Source of the DNA: Acidobacteriota bacterium
Lineage (GTDB): Bacteria; Acidobacteriota; Thermoanaerobaculia; UBA5066
Direction: 5' to 3'
Assembly: GCA_029781975.1 (NCBI GenBank)
Contig: JAKOVQ010000014.1
Coordinates: 283,864 to 347,863 of the forward strand
Length of the DNA stretch: 64,000 nt
Shown here: in pieces, positions 8,488 to 17,808 of the stretch
Position numbering within the stretch: the first letter of the stretch is position 1
Layout: every line of letters begins with the position of its first letter
Notes under the pieces: model-generated
What the model was told of the DNA's origin: nothing
The model's database searches: none
Seen by the model: only the letters and a program-made list of their open reading frames with translations
Position numbers and translations under genes: made by a program

Positions 8488-11400
8488 ATGGCCACCGGGA
8501 AGCTGAACCTGTCCCTCCGGAAGGCCTGGTGGGCCGCGGTGGCGCTCGCCTGTGCGCTTCCGGCGAGCGCAGCGCCTCGGACGGAGCCGGCGCCGGCCCC
8601 GGCGGCGGCCCCTCCGGCCGCCGCGACCCCCGCCACCCCGGCGACGTCCCTCGCCATCTCCCCCTCCCCCACCCCGGCGGCCTCTCCGGCGGCCGCTCCC
8701 CCCGCTCCCGCGGCGGCGCCCCCCGCGGCGCCGCCTGCTCCGGCGGACCCGGCCGTGGCCCGCCGCGCGGAGGCGCTGACCCTCTTCGGGTCGCTGGACG
8801 ACGACCGGGCGAAGGTCTTCCTTCGCTCCTCGCCTCCGGACGCCCGGAAGGTCGTCGACTGCCCGGACCTCTTCAAGCGCGTCGAGGTCTGGACCTACCT
8901 CCGCCACCCTCAGCTCGGGACGAACGCGCGGATCATCTTCTTCCCGGAGGCCGGGACGGGCGAGTACCGCTACTGGACCGTCCTCGAGGGAGAGTCGGTC
9001 CTCGTCTCCCCGAAGGCGGTCGTGGTCAAGCCGATCGCCGAGCTCGACCCGTCGGCCTACGGCTGCGCCGAGACCTCCCTCCTCCAGGCCGCGGTGAGCT
9101 CCATCTCCGCCCGCCAGGTCGACAACCAGGGAGGGCTGAAGGAGCGCGCCCTCCTCACGTTGGCCGACAGCAGCCTGGCTGCCGCCGCCGCTTCGGCCAC
9201 TTCGGCCACTTCGGCCACCTCGGCCACCTCGGCTACTTCGGCTACTTCGGCTACTTCGGCTACTTCGGCCACGACGGCCGCCGCGCCCGGAGCGGCTCCG
9301 GCCGCTTCCGGGCCGACCGCAGCCGCCGGGAGCGCGCCGCCGGGAGCGGGGGCCGTCGCGCCTCCGCCCGTCGTCCTCACCACCAAGCCCCTGAGCCGCG
9401 CCGAGCGCAAGAAGGCGCTCGCCGCACTGGGCGAGCGGTTCCGCCACTTCCTCGCGGACGTCGAGCCGATCATCACGGAGGAGGAGACGAACACCTTCCT
9501 CCGCCTCACGACCGACTACCAGAGGGACAAGTTCATCGACGAGTTCTGGAAGCGCCGGTCGAAGACGGAGGACGGCTTCGGGACTCCGTTCCGGGACGTC
9601 TACGAGGTGCGCCTGAGGTACGTCAGGGAGAAGTACCGCAACATCAACACCGACCAGGCGCGGATCTACCTGGTCAACGGGCCGCCCGACGCCGTCAAGC
9701 GGATCGACTGCCAGGACATCTACTACCCGATCGAGCTCTGGTTCTACGAGCGGATCGAGTCGCTCAAGATGAGCAAGGTCCTCCTCCTCTTCTACCAGCC
9801 GTTCGGGGCGGGGGACTACCAGCTCTGGTCGCCGATGGACGGGGCGCAGGCGCTGATCGTCGGCGGCATCGGGGGGATGGCGGGGGCCTCCGTGGGGCGC
9901 CGCGTCGACATCACGCGCTGCCAGGAGTGGCGCGAGATCCAGGGGGCGATCAGCGCCATGACCGGGCAGTTCGGGACGGCGACCGCCGGCGTCTACACCG
10001 AGAAGCTCCGGACCGGCCCCAAGCCCGACGTCGAGGGGGTGGACCAGATCCTCCTGATGACGACCGACATCGCGCCGGGGACGAAGACGATCCCCGTCCA
10101 GCGCGTCATCCGCTTCCCCGAGATGGACGCCAGCAAGATCCGGATGGAGATCGGGCTCGTCCTCGAGCGCGCCTCGCTCGGGACGAAGGCGCTGGGCGAG
10201 GAGAAGTTCTACGACGTGGACGTCGTGGGCGAGGTGGTCAAGGACGGCCGGCTCATGGACAACTTCCGGTACCGGTTCGACTTCCCCGCCTCCACGGTGA
10301 AGGGGGACTTCCTGCCGGTGACGGTCGAGCGGAGCCTCTACCCGGGCACGTACGAGGTGAAGCTCAAGGTCGCCGACGCGAACCAGAACGCCGCTTCCCT
10401 CCTCGACGAGAAGGTGACCGTCCCGGAGGTCCCGGACCTCTCGATGACCCCCGAGGAGAAGGCCGCGCGGGAGACGGCGCGCAAGGCCCTGTCGAGCCTC
10501 GTCGCCGACTCGGGCCCGAAGGGCTCGCTGACGCTCGTCCCGCTCGCGCGCGAGTTCGCCACGGGCCTCGTCCGCTTCGAGACGCAGGCGACCTCCTCGG
10601 ACATCGCCTCGGTGGAGTTCTACCTCAACGGCCAGCGGATCGTGACCAAGCGGCGCCCCCCCTTCGACGCCGACCTCGACCTCGGCGACCTCCCGCGCAA
10701 GCAGATCGTCAAGGTGATGGGGTACGCGAAGGACGGGCGGCTCGTCGCGCAGGACGACATGGTCCTGAACGAGGGGCGCGAGGCGTTCCGGGTCCGGATC
10801 ACCTCGCCGCCGAAGGGAGCGAACGTCTCGGGGCCCACCCGCGTCGTCGCCGACGTGGCGCATCCCGAGTCGCGCAAGCTCCAGAAGGTCGACTTCTACG
10901 TCAACGAGACGAAGGCCGTGACGCTCGCCAAGCCCCCGTTCACGGCCGTCGTCGACGTCCCCCCGTCGAAGGACATCGGCTTCCTCCGCGTCGTCGCCAC
11001 CCTGGAGGACGGCGGCACCACCGAGGACCTCCGGTACATCAACGCCCCGAAGTACCTCTCGGAGGTCGACGTCCAGGCGGTGGAGCTCTACACCTCGGTC
11101 TTCGCGAAGGGGCGCCCCGTGACCGGGCTGACGAAGGCGAACTTCAGCGTCCTGGAGGACGGCGTCCCGCAGACCGTCGACGGGTTCGAGGTCGTCACCA
11201 ACCTCCCGCTCTCGGTCGGCATCGCCGTCGACACCTCGGGGTCGATGGAGGAGTCGATCGTCGAGGCCCAGAAGGCCGCGACCCAGTTCCTCAAGTCGGT
11301 GATGACCCCGCGCGACCGCGCCTTCCTCGTCACCTTCGACAACGAGCCGCAGCTGATCACCCGCTTCACGACCGACCGCGACCGGATCGCCCAGGCCCTC

Positions 11401-11853
11401 GCGGGCCTCCGGCCGCAGGGGTCCACGGCCCTCTGGGACGCCGTGGTCTACGGCCTCTACCAGTTCCAGGGGGCGCGCGGGCGGAAGGCGTACGTGATCC
11501 TCACCGACGGCGAGGACCGCTCGTCGAAGTTCACCTACGAGGCCGCCCTCGACTACGCCCGCAAGTCCGGCGTCGCGATCTACTTCATCGGCCTGAGGAT
11601 CGCCGGGACCCAGTTCGAGGTGCGGACGAAGCTCAACAGGATGGCGCGCGAGACGGGCGGCACCGCGTACTACATCGACCACGCCAGCAAGCTGCAGGGG
11701 ATCTACGACGAGATCGACCAGGAGCTCCGGAGCCAGTACCTCCTGACGTACCAGCCGGCGAACCGCAAGCCGGGCTCCAAGTGGCGGAAGATCGACGTCA
11801 GGATGACCCCCGACAACCTCACCGCCCGGACCATCAGCGGCTACTACCCCTGA
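8488..11853 (+). CDS. secreted GWxTD-domain protein with C-terminal von Willebrand factor A (VWA) domain
   Basis: ATG 8488 in frame of ORF 8071..11853; signal peptide, Pro/Ala-rich linker, GWxTD-like repeats (YRYWTVLEG, YQLWSPMDG), C-terminal VWA with DTSGSM MIDAS motif. Confidence 0.72.
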   Translation: MATGKLNLSLRKAWWAAVALACALPASAAPRTEPAPAPAAAPPAAATPATPATSLAISPSPTPAASPAAAPPAPAAAPPAAPPAPADPAVARRAEALTLFGSLDDDRAKVFLRSSPPDARKVVDCPDLFKRVEVWTYLRHPQLGTNARIIFFPEAGTGEYRYWTVLEGESVLVSPKAVVVKPIAELDPSAYGCAETSLLQAAVSSISARQVDNQGGLKERALLTLADSSLAAAAASATSATSATSATSATSATSATSATSATTAAAPGAAPAASGPTAAAGSAPPGAGAVAPPPVVLTTKPLSRAERKKALAALGERFRHFLADVEPIITEEETNTFLRLTTDYQRDKFIDEFWKRRSKTEDGFGTPFRDVYEVRLRYVREKYRNINTDQARIYLVNGPPDAVKRIDCQDIYYPIELWFYERIESLKMSKVLLLFYQPFGAGDYQLWSPMDGAQALIVGGIGGMAGASVGRRVDITRCQEWREIQGAISAMTGQFGTATAGVYTEKLRTGPKPDVEGVDQILLMTTDIAPGTKTIPVQRVIRFPEMDASKIRMEIGLVLERASLGTKALGEEKFYDVDVVGEVVKDGRLMDNFRYRFDFPASTVKGDFLPVTVERSLYPGTYEVKLKVADANQNAASLLDEKVTVPEVPDLSMTPEEKAARETARKALSSLVADSGPKGSLTLVPLAREFATGLVRFETQATSSDIASVEFYLNGQRIVTKRRPPFDADLDLGDLPRKQIVKVMGYAKDGRLVAQDDMVLNEGREAFRVRITSPPKGANVSGPTRVVADVAHPESRKLQKVDFYVNETKAVTLAKPPFTAVVDVPPSKDIGFLRVVATLEDGGTTEDLRYINAPKYLSEVDVQAVELYTSVFAKGRPVTGLTKANFSVLEDGVPQTVDGFEVVTNLPLSVGIAVDTSGSMEESIVEAQKAATQFLKSVMTPRDRAFLVTFDNEPQLITRFTTDRDRIAQALAGLRPQGSTALWDAVVYGLYQFQGARGRKAYVILTDGEDRSSKFTYEAALDYARKSGVAIYFIGLRIAGTQFEVRTKLNRMARETGGTAYYIDHASKLQGIYDEIDQELRSQYLLTYQPANRKPGSKWRKIDVRMTPDNLTARTISGYYP
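9189..9272 (+). repeat. In-frame 9-bp tandem repeat (ACYTCGGCY x9) encoding (SAT)n inside the GWxTD/VWA gene
   Basis: Read directly: cttcggccacttcggccacttcggccacctcggccacctcggctacttcggctacttcggctacttcggctacttcggcc. Confidence 0.9.
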
Positions 11854-11876
11854 CCGGGTAGGCCCCCCGCTCCCCG

Positions 11877-12752
11877 TTGGCTATCCTCCGGCCGAAGGGG
11901 AGGCGGATGAAGGCTCGGACGCTCGGCCTGACGGCGGCGGCGATGGGGTGCTTCGCCGCGAACTCGCTCCTCTGCCGCGCGGCGCTGGCGCCGCGGCTCG
12001 TCGACCCCGCGAGCTTCACGAGCCTCCGGCTCCTGTCGGGCGCGCTGGCCCTCGCCCTCCTCGTCCGGCTGACGGGCCGCCGGTCGGGCGGCACGCGGGA
12101 CCTGCGCGCCGCCGGCGTGCTCTTCGCCTACGCCCTCGCCTTCTCGCTCGCCTACGTGAGGATCCCGGCGGCCCTCGGCGCGCTCCTCCTGTTCGGCGCC
12201 GTCCAGCTGACGATGGTCGGCCGGGGGGTCGCAATGGGCGAGCGCCCGGCCCCCGCGGAGTGGGCCGGCCTCGTCCTCTCGGTCTCGGGCCTCGTCGCGC
12301 TGACCGTCCCGGGCCTTCGCCACGGCGACCCCGCGGGAGCCCTCCTGATGATCGGCGCCGGCGTCGCCTGGGGCGTCTACTCGCTCCTCGGCCGGTCGAG
12401 CCGCGGGGACCCGCTGGCCACGAACGCGGTCCACTTCGCGCACGCGGTGCCGCTCGCCCTCGTCGCGAGCGGCGTCTCGGCCCTCCATGCTGCTCCCCGT
12501 CTCTCCGCCGGGGGGATCGCCCTCGCCGTGGCGTCGGGCGCCCTCGCCTCGGGCGGGGGCTACGCGATCTGGTACGCGGCGCTCCGGGGCCTCACGGCGA
12601 CGCGGGCCGCCCTCGTGCAGCTCTCCGTCCCGCCCCTCGCCGCCCTCGGAGGGGTCGCCCTCCTCGGCGAGGTGGTGACGCTCCGGCTCGCCCTCTCGGC
12701 CCTCGCGATCCTCGGCGGGATCGCGCTCGCGGTCACGTCCCGGCGGGCCTGA
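11877..12752 (+). CDS. EamA/DMT-family transporter (10 TM helices); true start may be ATG 11907
   Basis: 291-aa hydrophobic ORF with two EamA-like halves; overlaps convergent gene end by about 20 nt. Confidence 0.72.
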   Translation: MAILRPKGRRMKARTLGLTAAAMGCFAANSLLCRAALAPRLVDPASFTSLRLLSGALALALLVRLTGRRSGGTRDLRAAGVLFAYALAFSLAYVRIPAALGALLLFGAVQLTMVGRGVAMGERPAPAEWAGLVLSVSGLVALTVPGLRHGDPAGALLMIGAGVAWGVYSLLGRSSRGDPLATNAVHFAHAVPLALVASGVSALHAAPRLSAGGIALAVASGALASGGGYAIWYAALRGLTATRAALVQLSVPPLAALGGVALLGEVVTLRLALSALAILGGIALAVTSRRA

Positions 12753-13302
12753 GACCGGGCTCGCCCGTCCCCGGCGAGACCGGAGGCCGGATCGCGCTCT
12801 TCGGCCACGACAGGCCCGAGAGCTGCTCGCTCACCGTCCCGAACGACAGCCTGCACGGGAGCGAGACGAGCCAGGGACCCCGCACGGCGGCGTCCCCGCC
12901 GAGCTCGGGCCGGACGCGCCGGAGGAGCCGGTCGGCCTCCTCCGGCGTCCGGGCGATACCCGCCGAGAGCGGCGCCTCCACGAGCGCCGGGCGATAGCCC
13001 TTCTCAGAGAGCACGCGTCCCGGGTCGGCTCCCCTCCCCGTCCCGGCGACGCGGAAGGCCGGGACCCAGACCCACGGGCCGCCGGTCGGCCCCGTCTCGA
13101 ACGCGTAGAAGGCGAGTCGCGGCCCGTCGTCTCCGCCCGTCCCCTCCGGGCGGTAGGTCGCCATCCTCGCCGCGGGCTGCGCGAAGGGGTCGAACGCGAG
13201 AGGGCAGCGGTCGCACGACATCCAGGGGACCCCCGGGGCGCCCCGGAGCGGCCGGCCGCAGTCCGGGCAGAGGCGGAGGACGACGAGGAGCCGGGCGCTC
13301 AC
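12733..13302 (-). CDS. zinc-ribbon protein, paralog C (soluble, truncated member of the A/B/C family)
   Basis: GTG start at 13302 in frame of ORF 12733..14232, 2 nt after the stop of paralog B; N-terminal CPDCG...CDRC ribbon; shares WVWVPAF / PWLVSLP segments with A and B. Confidence 0.5.
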   Translation of the reverse strand: MSARLLVVLRLCPDCGRPLRGAPGVPWMSCDRCPLAFDPFAQPAARMATYRPEGTGGDDGPRLAFYAFETGPTGGPWVWVPAFRVAGTGRGADPGRVLSEKGYRPALVEAPLSAGIARTPEEADRLLRRVRPELGGDAAVRGPWLVSLPCRLSFGTVSEQLSGLSWPKSAIRPPVSPGTGEPGLRPAGT

Positions 13303-13304
13303 GC

Positions 13305-14270
13305 CTACTCCAGGACCTGGGCCACGCTCCGGGCCGTCGAGAAGAAGCCGTCGCGGACCCTCTCGGGAAGGGTCCGGGGCGGGCGGTTCACCGCCTGGCT
13401 GCGGACGTCGCCCCCTTCGCGGACCCACTCGGTGCGGAACCTCAGCCGGTCCCACGCGAACGCCAGGATCCAGACGACGACGCCGGGGAGCCCGATCGTC
13501 CCGACGATGCCGGCGGCGAAGTGGAGGTCGAAGAGGAACGCGATCACCCTCCACCACCACGAGAGCGGCATGGAGAGGACGAAGGCGAAGAGGTAGACGA
13601 GGAGGACCACCTCGTGGAGCCGGGCCGTCCGTTCCATCGGGGCGCGTCCCGAGAAGACGACGCCGCTCGTCGCGTCGACGACGGCCTCGTAGAGGTTGCG
13701 GTCGTGGCGCCCCCTCACGAGCCAGAGCGGGAGCCAGACGAGCGTCGTCCGCTCCTCCACGACCTCTCCGGGCGGCCCCTTGCCGCCGTCGCGGACGACC
13801 TCGTCCGGGTCGAGGACGACCGCGCGACGCTGGAGCGAGGCGGCGTCGAAGCTCTCGCGCGTCCCGCGCCCGATCGCTCCCAGGGCGTCGAAGCGCGCCA
13901 GCGGCACGTCGGGCGGGTCGGCGGCCGGGGCGAGCGAGAGGTGGCCGACGAGCGTCGCGCCTCCTCCCTCCTTCACGAGCGCCGTCCTCGCCACCTCCCG
14001 GAACGGGACGAAGAGGAGGAGCGCCTCGACGGCGTCGCCCACGAGGAAGGTCTTCGGCACCGCCCGGCCCTCCCACGACGCCCGGACGGCCGCGACGGCC
14101 TGCTCGCGGTCCACGGAGGGCGCGATCGCCTCCCTCAGGGGCGCGTCCTCCACCAGGACCGCGAGCGGCGAGGCGCAGGCGGGGCAGTCGAGGAACGTCG
14201 AGGAGAGGACGCCGCGCAGCGGCCCGCCGCACTGGGGGCAGGCCAGGGCTTGCGCTCGCGGCGCCGTCAC
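13305..14270 (-). CDS. zinc-ribbon membrane protein, paralog B
   Basis: GTG start 14270 overlaps stop of paralog A (GTGA); N-terminal CPQCGG...CPAC; conserved LLLFVPF and LVWLPLWLV...DATSG blocks; three C-terminal TM helices. Confidence 0.6.
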   Translation of the reverse strand: MTAPRAQALACPQCGGPLRGVLSSTFLDCPACASPLAVLVEDAPLREAIAPSVDREQAVAAVRASWEGRAVPKTFLVGDAVEALLLFVPFREVARTALVKEGGGATLVGHLSLAPAADPPDVPLARFDALGAIGRGTRESFDAASLQRRAVVLDPDEVVRDGGKGPPGEVVEERTTLVWLPLWLVRGRHDRNLYEAVVDATSGVVFSGRAPMERTARLHEVVLLVYLFAFVLSMPLSWWWRVIAFLFDLHFAAGIVGTIGLPGVVVWILAFAWDRLRFRTEWVREGGDVRSQAVNRPPRTLPERVRDGFFSTARSVAQVLE

Positions 14271-15010
14271 CGCGCCTCCGAGAGCCGGATGACGGCCCAG
14301 GCCACGAGCCAGAAGAGCGGCCCGGCGACCGCCAGCACCACGGCCCCGCGGACCCACGTCGCGCCGAACCCGCCGAAGAGGCACCTCACGCCGTAGGCGG
14401 CGACGGCGAACAGGAGCGTCGCGAGGACCGCGTAGGTGACGTCGAGGCGCCGCTCGGAGGTGGGGGGAAGGGAGAAGTCGAGCGGCTGGCCCGAGGCCGC
14501 GTCGAACCAGACCTCGTAGCTGCGGTCGAAGAGGGCGAACCGGACCCGGCGGAACGGGACGTGCAGCAGGCGGACGCTGGCGCGGGCTTCGTCGGGAAGG
14601 TCGAGGCTCTCCGGCCGGACCGACGCCGGGACCACCTCGCCGCCCCGCGCGGCTCCCGCGTCGAACGCCTTGCGGTCGCCGGCCGGGAGCTTGAACGAGG
14701 CGAGGTTGCTCGCCAGGAGCGGCGCCGCGGGGACGACGGCGGAGCCGGGTAGGAGGAAGAACGGGAACCAGACGAGCCCGCTCGCCACCTCCCGCGGGTC
14801 CGCGGTCACCTCCCGGTCCCGGAGCCAGCGCGACAGGCTCGCCCGCGCCTCCTCGTCGGAGAGGACCGGGACGAGCATCTGGTGCCCGACCGCCTCCTCC
14901 TCGCCCAGGTGGAGGCGCGACCCGCACGACGCGCACGTCGCGAACGCGCCGTCCTCCTCCAGGACGAGCCGGCCTCCGCAGCGCGGGCACGCGGGGGCAT
15001 CGTTGGACAT
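14267..15010 (-). CDS. zinc-ribbon membrane protein, paralog A
   Basis: ATG 15010; N-terminal CPRCGG...CASCGS; GLVWFPFFLL and LLHVPFRRVRF...DAASG blocks collinear with paralog B; two C-terminal TM helices. Confidence 0.6.
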   Translation of the reverse strand: MSNDAPACPRCGGRLVLEEDGAFATCASCGSRLHLGEEEAVGHQMLVPVLSDEEARASLSRWLRDREVTADPREVASGLVWFPFFLLPGSAVVPAAPLLASNLASFKLPAGDRKAFDAGAARGGEVVPASVRPESLDLPDEARASVRLLHVPFRRVRFALFDRSYEVWFDAASGQPLDFSLPPTSERRLDVTYAVLATLLFAVAAYGVRCLFGGFGATWVRGAVVLAVAGPLFWLVAWAVIRLSEAR

Positions 15011-15022
15011 CGAAGGGAGATT

Positions 15023-15610
15023 CTAGGCCCGGACGGGGGCCGCCGGGGCGGGGCCGGGGCGTCCCGCCGGGCGATCGGGCGCGAGGAGGTCGCGGATCTG
15101 GCCGACGGTCGTGACGTTCCGGAAGGTGGCGGGGAGACGGAGGGCCTTCTCGATCCTCCCCGGCAGCGCGATCGACTTCGGCGACCTCTCGCGGCAGAGC
15201 CAGTGGACCTCCCGGCCGTGGACGGCGAGGAGGTCGTTCGCGCCGGCGAGCCCCAGGACCGCGCGGGCCTGGTCGGGTGACAACGGCTCCTTCAGGAAGC
15301 CGACGTAGAGGGCGTGCGCCGCCGCCGCGTCGGCGGCCGGGAAGGGCTGGCGCGCGGCGATCGCCTCGACCTCGGCCCGCGTCCGGAGGAAGGCGGCCAC
15401 CTCGAAGCCGAGGGCCTTCCCGAGCGCCGTCTCGATCTTCCTCTCGAGGTCCCCGGCCCTCCCTCGAGCCGCCGTGAAGAGGACGTTTCCGCTGGCGATG
15501 TGGGTCGAGACGCCGGAGAAGCCGATCTCCGAGAAGAGGACGCGCAGGCGGTCCATCTTCACGACGCGGCCCCCGACGTTGACGGCGCGGAGGAAGGCGA
15601 CGGAGCGCAT
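15023..15610 (-). CDS. DUF1697-family protein
   Basis: 195-aa ORF starting MRSVAFLRAVNVGG, characteristic of the DUF1697 family; 12 nt upstream of the zinc-ribbon trio on the same strand. Confidence 0.65.
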   Translation of the reverse strand: MRSVAFLRAVNVGGRVVKMDRLRVLFSEIGFSGVSTHIASGNVLFTAARGRAGDLERKIETALGKALGFEVAAFLRTRAEVEAIAARQPFPAADAAAAHALYVGFLKEPLSPDQARAVLGLAGANDLLAVHGREVHWLCRERSPKSIALPGRIEKALRLPATFRNVTTVGQIRDLLAPDRPAGRPGPAPAAPVRA

Positions 15611-15709
15611 GGCGGGAGATTACCCGTCCGGCCGTGGCGGGGGCCGGGGGCGGAAACCCGCGGCGGGCAGGCTGCGTAAGATCCGCGCAACCAGAGAGGA
15701 GGTCCCCCG

Positions 15710-16525
15710 ATGTCCGAGAGAACGGAGCTCCTGCCCGGCTCGTTCTGCTGGCCCGAGCTCGCCACCCCCGACATGGCGTCCGCGAAACGGTTCTACGCCG
15801 GCCTCTTCGGCTGGGAGCCCGTCGACGTTCCCTCGGCCGGGGGGAGCTACACGCTCCTGCAGCTCCGGGGGAAGGACGTGGCGGGACTCCGGAGCCTGAG
15901 CCGGGAGGAGCGCGACGGCGGGATCCCCGCCCACTTCCTGACGTACGTTTCCACGGCGTCGGCGGACGCCTCCGCCGCGCGCGCGCAGGAGCTCGGCGGG
16001 AGCGTCCTCGCCGGGCCGTTCGACGTCGAGGGGATCGGCCGGATGGCGGTGCTCCGCGACCCGGGCGGCGTCGTCTTCGCGCTCTGGGAGGCGCGCGGCC
16101 ACATCGGGGCGCGCCTCGTCGGCGAGGAGAGCACCCTCTGCTGGACGGAGCTCGTCACGCGGGACCCGTCCGGCGCGAAGGCGTTCTACGGAGGCCTCTT
16201 CGGCTGGACCTGGAAGGCTTCGGAGGGAGCCCCGGCGGGCTACACGGAGATCTCCCGCGAGGCGCAGCCGATCGGCGGGCTCCTCCCGATGGAAGGCCCG
16301 GAGTGGGGCGACGTCCCGCCCCACTTCATGCCGTACTTCCTCGTGGCCGACTGCGACGCCGCGGCGTCGCGCGCGGCGGGGCTGGGCGGATCAGCCGTCG
16401 TGCCGCCGACGGACATCCCGAACGTCGGGCGCTTCGCGCGCCTCCGCGACCCGGCGGGGGCCGCCTTCTCGGTCATCTCGATGGCCGCGATGGCCGCGAT
16501 GGCCGCCACGCCCGCGGCCACCTGA
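15710..16525 (+). CDS. VOC-family (glyoxalase/bleomycin-resistance-like) protein with two tandem domains
   Basis: 271-aa ORF with two repeated halves (FGW...V.LRDP.G..F.L); C-terminal MAAMAAMAA. Confidence 0.72.
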   Translation: MSERTELLPGSFCWPELATPDMASAKRFYAGLFGWEPVDVPSAGGSYTLLQLRGKDVAGLRSLSREERDGGIPAHFLTYVSTASADASAARAQELGGSVLAGPFDVEGIGRMAVLRDPGGVVFALWEARGHIGARLVGEESTLCWTELVTRDPSGAKAFYGGLFGWTWKASEGAPAGYTEISREAQPIGGLLPMEGPEWGDVPPHFMPYFLVADCDAAASRAAGLGGSAVVPPTDIPNVGRFARLRDPAGAAFSVISMAAMAAMAATPAAT

Positions 16526-16539
16526 GGCGGGAGGCGCGG

Positions 16540-17085
16540 TCAGCGGGGCAGCGGGCCGGACGGGGACCGCCGGAGCCGGTCGGTGACGACGGCGAGGGCC
16601 GTGACGGCCGAGAAGTAGACGAGGAACTCGAAGAAGCCGAAGACGAGGGCCGAGAGCGGGCTCGCCGAGGCGAGGAGGGGGACGCGCATCAGCCCGCGCG
16701 CCATCCCGATCGCGTGGCCGACGATCGACACGGCGCCTCCCAGGAGGACGAACCAGACCGCCGGCCACCGGGGGAGGCGGCGGGCGACCGTCCAGAACCC
16801 CAGGGCCAGCGCGGCGTAGAGGAGGCCGTAGAACGGCGGGAGGAGCCACCGCGACCAGGCCGGGAAGATCCGGCCGTAGACCTCGTCCCAGAAGGCGACC
16901 GACGCGAAGAAGCCCCAGAGCGCCGCGTAGAGGGCGCCGGCCCACGCGGTGAGGGGCCACCGCAGCCTCTCGAAGAGCGCCGGGCCGACACGCGAGACGA
17001 GGAGGAGGAGCCCGGCGTCGATCGCGGCGGCGACCGCCGAGCACCACCAGAAGACCTCGGACGTGAGCGGCTGGTACGTCGCGAC
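16540..17085 (-). CDS. Trp-rich small integral membrane protein; no canonical start codon found near the hydrophobic N-terminus
   Basis: C-terminal 181 aa of the composite ORF 16540..19182 has four to five TM-like helices; start unresolved. Confidence 0.3.
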   Translation of the reverse strand, partial: VATYQPLTSEVFWWCSAVAAAIDAGLLLLVSRVGPALFERLRWPLTAWAGALYAALWGFFASVAFWDEVYGRIFPAWSRWLLPPFYGLLYAALALGFWTVARRLPRWPAVWFVLLGGAVSIVGHAIGMARGLMRVPLLASASPLSALVFGFFEFLVYFSAVTALAVVTDRLRRSPSGPLPR

Positions 17086-17177
17086 CCTCCGCGGCCCGGG
17101 CGCAGCGAGGGGCGCCCGCGCGTCCCACGATACTCCCGGCCGGGTGCGGAGGCGCCGAGGCGGTATCCTCCCCCGCC

Positions 17178-17762
17178 GTGCCGCGTCCCCACCTCGTCCT
17201 CGCCTCCGGCTCCCCCCGCCGCCGCCAGCTCCTCGCCGCCCTCGGCATCGAGGCCGAGGTCCGACCGCCGAACGTCCCCGAAGAGGTCCTTCCGGGGGAG
17301 GACGCGCACGACGCCGCCGAGAGGCTCGCGGTGGAGAAGGCGCGCGCCGTGGCGGCGTCGGCGCCGGCGGGGAGCGTCGTCCTGGCCGCCGACACGCTCG
17401 TCGTCCTCGACCGGACCGCGCTCGGGAAGCCGGTCGACGAGGCCGACGCCCGGCGGATGCTCGCTTCCCTCGCGGGGCGGCGGCACGACGTCGTGACGGG
17501 CGTCGCCGTCGCGCGGGACGGCCGCGTCGTCTCCGGTCGGGAGGTGACGGGCGTCGTCTTCGCGCCGATGGACGAGGCGACGATCGCGCGCTACGTGGCG
17601 ACCGGCGAGCCGCTCGACAAGGCGGGCGCCTACGGGCTCCAGGGGCTCGGGGGGCTCTTCGTCGAAAGGGTCGAGGGGACCCCGACGAACGTCGTCGGGC
17701 TCCCCGTCCGCCTCCTCTACCGGCTCCTCGCCGACGTCGGGCTCGACCTGCTGCCGGGATAG
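17178..17762 (+). CDS. maf: Maf-like nucleoside triphosphate pyrophosphatase (septum formation protein)
   Basis: 194-aa ORF (GTG start) with LVLASGSPRR, AADT, GKP, VTGVA, GLPV Maf motifs. Confidence 0.85.
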   Translation: MPRPHLVLASGSPRRRQLLAALGIEAEVRPPNVPEEVLPGEDAHDAAERLAVEKARAVAASAPAGSVVLAADTLVVLDRTALGKPVDEADARRMLASLAGRRHDVVTGVAVARDGRVVSGREVTGVVFAPMDEATIARYVATGEPLDKAGAYGLQGLGGLFVERVEGTPTNVVGLPVRLLYRLLADVGLDLLPG

Positions 17763-17808
17763 ACGCCGAGACGGCCACCGGCGCCGAATACAGCCGGGAG
17801 ACGCGATC

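Noticed and set aside
9189-9272. 9-bp tandem repeat considered as a possible CRISPR or minisatellite
   Set aside because: No spacers; it is a perfect in-frame codon repeat inside a gene (SAT)n, so not CRISPR.
16481-16507. atggccgcg x3 at the VOC gene 3' end (MAAMAAMAA)
   Set aside because: A short coding microsatellite at a C-terminus; probably neutral, noted only.
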